From assembly GCA_902796835.1 (NCBI GenBank), contig CADBQP010000027.1, forward strand, positions 29,712 through 93,711: a stretch of 64,000 nucleotides of DNA, written 5' to 3'. The notes under the pieces were generated by a model. That model worked only from the letters and a program-made list of their open reading frames with translations. It ran no database searches and had not been told where the DNA came from. Made by a program: the position numbers and the translations under genes. Origin of the DNA: an uncultured Bacteroidales bacterium (lineage in GTDB: Bacteria > Bacteroidota > Bacteroidia > Bacteroidales > Bacteroidaceae). Shown here one piece after another: positions 62,017 through 64,000 of the stretch (positions are counted from its first letter, which is position 1; every line of letters begins with the position of its first letter).

Positions 62017-63030
62017 CTACGCCTTGATGTTGCCCACCTTGATAAGGTATTCGGCAATCTGCACGGCGTTGAGCGCAGCTCCCTTCCGAATTTGGTCGCT
62101 CACAATCCAGAAGGTCAGCCCGTTGGGATTGGCCAGGTCTTTGCGTATGCGGCCCACGTAAACGTCGTCTTTCCCGGCCAGGAAGAGGGGCATGGGATAT
62201 TCGCGCTTGTCGGGGTTGTCCATCAGCGTGAGCCCCAGGCCCTCGGCAAAGGCACGGCGCGCCTCTTCCACCTCGATGGGGCGCTCGGTTTCCACCCAAA
62301 TACTCTCGCTGTGGGAACGGAGCGAGGGCACACGCACACACATGGCGCTCACTGCCACGTCGGAGTGCATGATCTTGCGCGTTTCGTTAAACATCTTCAT
62401 TTCCTCTTTCGTATATCCGTTGTCGGTGAAGACATCGACCTGAGGAATGACATTGTAGGCCAGCTGATAGGGAAATTTCTCTACGGTCACCTTCTCGCCG
62501 GCGAGCACCTGGCGATATTGCTCGTGGAGCTCGGCCATGGCTGCCGCTCCAGCACCGCTTGCCGACTGATAGGAAGCTATATGCACGCGGCGAATGTGGC
62601 TCAGCTCTTCGATGACTTTGAGGGCCACTACCATCATGATGGTGGTGCAGTTGGGGTTGGCAATGATGCCGCGCGGACGGCATAGGGCATCCTCGGGATT
62701 GACCTCGGGCACCACCAGTGGCACGTCGGCATCCATGCGGAAGGCGCTCGAATTGTCGATCATCACGGCGCCATGCTTTGTGATGGTCTCGGCAAATTCC
62801 TGCGATGTGCCGCCGCCGGCCGAGACGAAGGCCACGTCGACACCGCGAAAGTCGTCGCCATGCTGCAAAAGGCGCACCACGTGGTCTTTGCCATTAAACT
62901 GATAGGTGGTGCCGGCACTGCGCGACGAACCAAACAACAGAAGTTCGTCGATGGGGAAATGGCGCTCCGAAAGGATGCGAAGAAACTCCTGCCCCACAGC
63001 TCCGCTTGCGCCTACTATTGCTACTTTCAT
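62017..63030 (-). CDS. asd: Aspartate-semialdehyde dehydrogenase
   Basis: [43 protein letters not shown]. Confidence 0.97.
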   Translation of the reverse strand: MKVAIVGASGAVGQEFLRILSERHFPIDELLLFGSSRSAGTTYQFNGKDHVVRLLQHGDDFRGVDVAFVSAGGGTSQEFAETITKHGAVMIDNSSAFRMDADVPLVVPEVNPEDALCRPRGIIANPNCTTIMMVVALKVIEELSHIRRVHIASYQSASGAGAAAMAELHEQYRQVLAGEKVTVEKFPYQLAYNVIPQVDVFTDNGYTKEEMKMFNETRKIMHSDVAVSAMCVRVPSLRSHSESIWVETERPIEVEEARRAFAEGLGLTLMDNPDKREYPMPLFLAGKDDVYVGRIRKDLANPNGLTFWIVSDQIRKGAALNAVQIAEYLIKVGNIKA

Positions 63031-63100
63031 TCGTGTATGTTTTGTTATGTCTTTGTTTCCGAAAACTCGCTTTTTGCTTCTTTTTCGCGCAAAAGCGGTG

Positions 63101-63108
63101 CAAAAGTA
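63101..63108 (-). promoter_or_regulatory. -7 promoter element, asd
   Basis: TACTTTTG, embedded in a GTGCAAAA...TTTTGCAC inverted repeat. Confidence 0.55.
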
Positions 63109-63237
63109 TAACTTTTTGCACGATACGACCTACGAAACGCTATTTTTTTTGTTCCTTTGCCGTGATAATTAGCGACTAAGGCCCTGCCTGAGCCGAGATA
63201 CGCACACAAAAAAACTCATCGCCAACCCTGCCTCTCC

Positions 63238-64000
63238 ATGTTCCCCATCACCGACCCTACATGGATATTCTTCATCGTTCTGGGCGTCATTCTCTTTGCC
63301 CCGATGATTATGGGAAAGCTCCACATTCCTTCGCTTGTGGGGCTCATTGCGGCCGGAGTCTGCATTGGACCTCACGGGTTCCACGTGCTCGACTACGACG
63401 AGAGCTTTAAGCTCTTCGGCAAGGTGGGCATATACTACATCATGTTTCTGGCTTCGCTCGAAATGAACGTGCAAGACGTTCGCAAGGTGAAGAGCCAGAC
63501 CGCCCTGCTCGGCCTGCTGAGCTTTGCCTTCCCCTTCGGCATTGGGTTGCTTTTCAACCTGGGATGGGGTTTTTCGCTTACGGCGGCCGTGCTAATGGCT
63601 GCCATGTATGCCTCCCACACGCTCATATCCTACCCCATCGTGCTGCGCTACGGCCTTTCGCGGCAACAAAGCGTGAGCATAGCCACGGGCGGCACCATCA
63701 TTGCCGATGTGCTCACACTGCTTGTGCTGGCCGTCATCGGCGGCACATTCAAGCAAGAAGTCTCGGGCTGGTACTGGGCATGGCTCATCCTCAAAGTGTT
63801 TCTCATTGGCGGAGGCATCATCTTTTTCTTTCCCCGCATGGGCCACTGGTTCTTTAAGCGCCACGACGACGGAGTGGTGCAATACATCTTCGTGCTGGCC
63901 CTCGTCTTTTTGGGAGCGAGCCTCATGGAACTCGTCGAAATCGAAGGCATTCTGGGAGCCTTCCTCGTGGGCATCGTGCTCAACCGGCTCATTCCGCCCT
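63238..64000 (+). CDS. Cation:proton antiporter (CPA2-like), partial
   Basis: MFPITDPTWIFFIVLGVILFAP...IPSLVGLIAAGVCIGPHG...GLYYIMF-like, SHTLISYP; no stop before window end. Confidence 0.88.
   Translation, partial: MFPITDPTWIFFIVLGVILFAPMIMGKLHIPSLVGLIAAGVCIGPHGFHVLDYDESFKLFGKVGIYYIMFLASLEMNVQDVRKVKSQTALLGLLSFAFPFGIGLLFNLGWGFSLTAAVLMAAMYASHTLISYPIVLRYGLSRQQSVSIATGGTIIADVLTLLVLAVIGGTFKQEVSGWYWAWLILKVFLIGGGIIFFFPRMGHWFFKRHDDGVVQYIFVLALVFLGASLMELVEIEGILGAFLVGIVLNRLIPP

Overview
Bacteroidales (Prevotellaceae-like) chromosome segment, judged from TAnnTTTG promoters, absence of Shine-Dalgarno motifs and Bacteroidetes-type core genes. From left to right it holds: (1) the minus-strand tRNA(Tyr-Gly-Thr)-tuf-tRNA(Trp)-secE-nusG-rplK-rplA locus; (2) a ~29.5 kb minus-strand block with glnA(III) followed by a tightly coupled 21-ORF run covering most of de novo pyrimidine and purine synthesis (pyrC-fragment, pyrK, pyrD, pyrF, pyrB with a PyrI-like Zn tail, guaB, guaA, purE, purL, purM, purH, purD, folD, purT, purB, purA, carA, carB, purC, Cys1-less purF, formate/nitrite-type channel), which appears to mix Firmicutes-type and Bacteroidetes-type genes and is bracketed by a 28/30 bp direct repeat; (3) rimP-nusA-infB-cvpA-sufB-GH20; (4) mreBCD-mrdA-rodA plus an unknown membrane protein; (5) eno, porT, ferredoxin, a DacB-TonB_C fusion, skp x2, bamA, uppS, a PorG-like barrel, two lipoproteins, asd and a partial cation/H+ antiporter. 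Five intergenic sites carry a dispersed repeat built from 13-bp palindromic cores and 8-bp linkers with a strict 21-bp period. No transposase, integrase, rRNA or CRISPR array was seen. Family assignments come from motif recognition only; no database searches were run.
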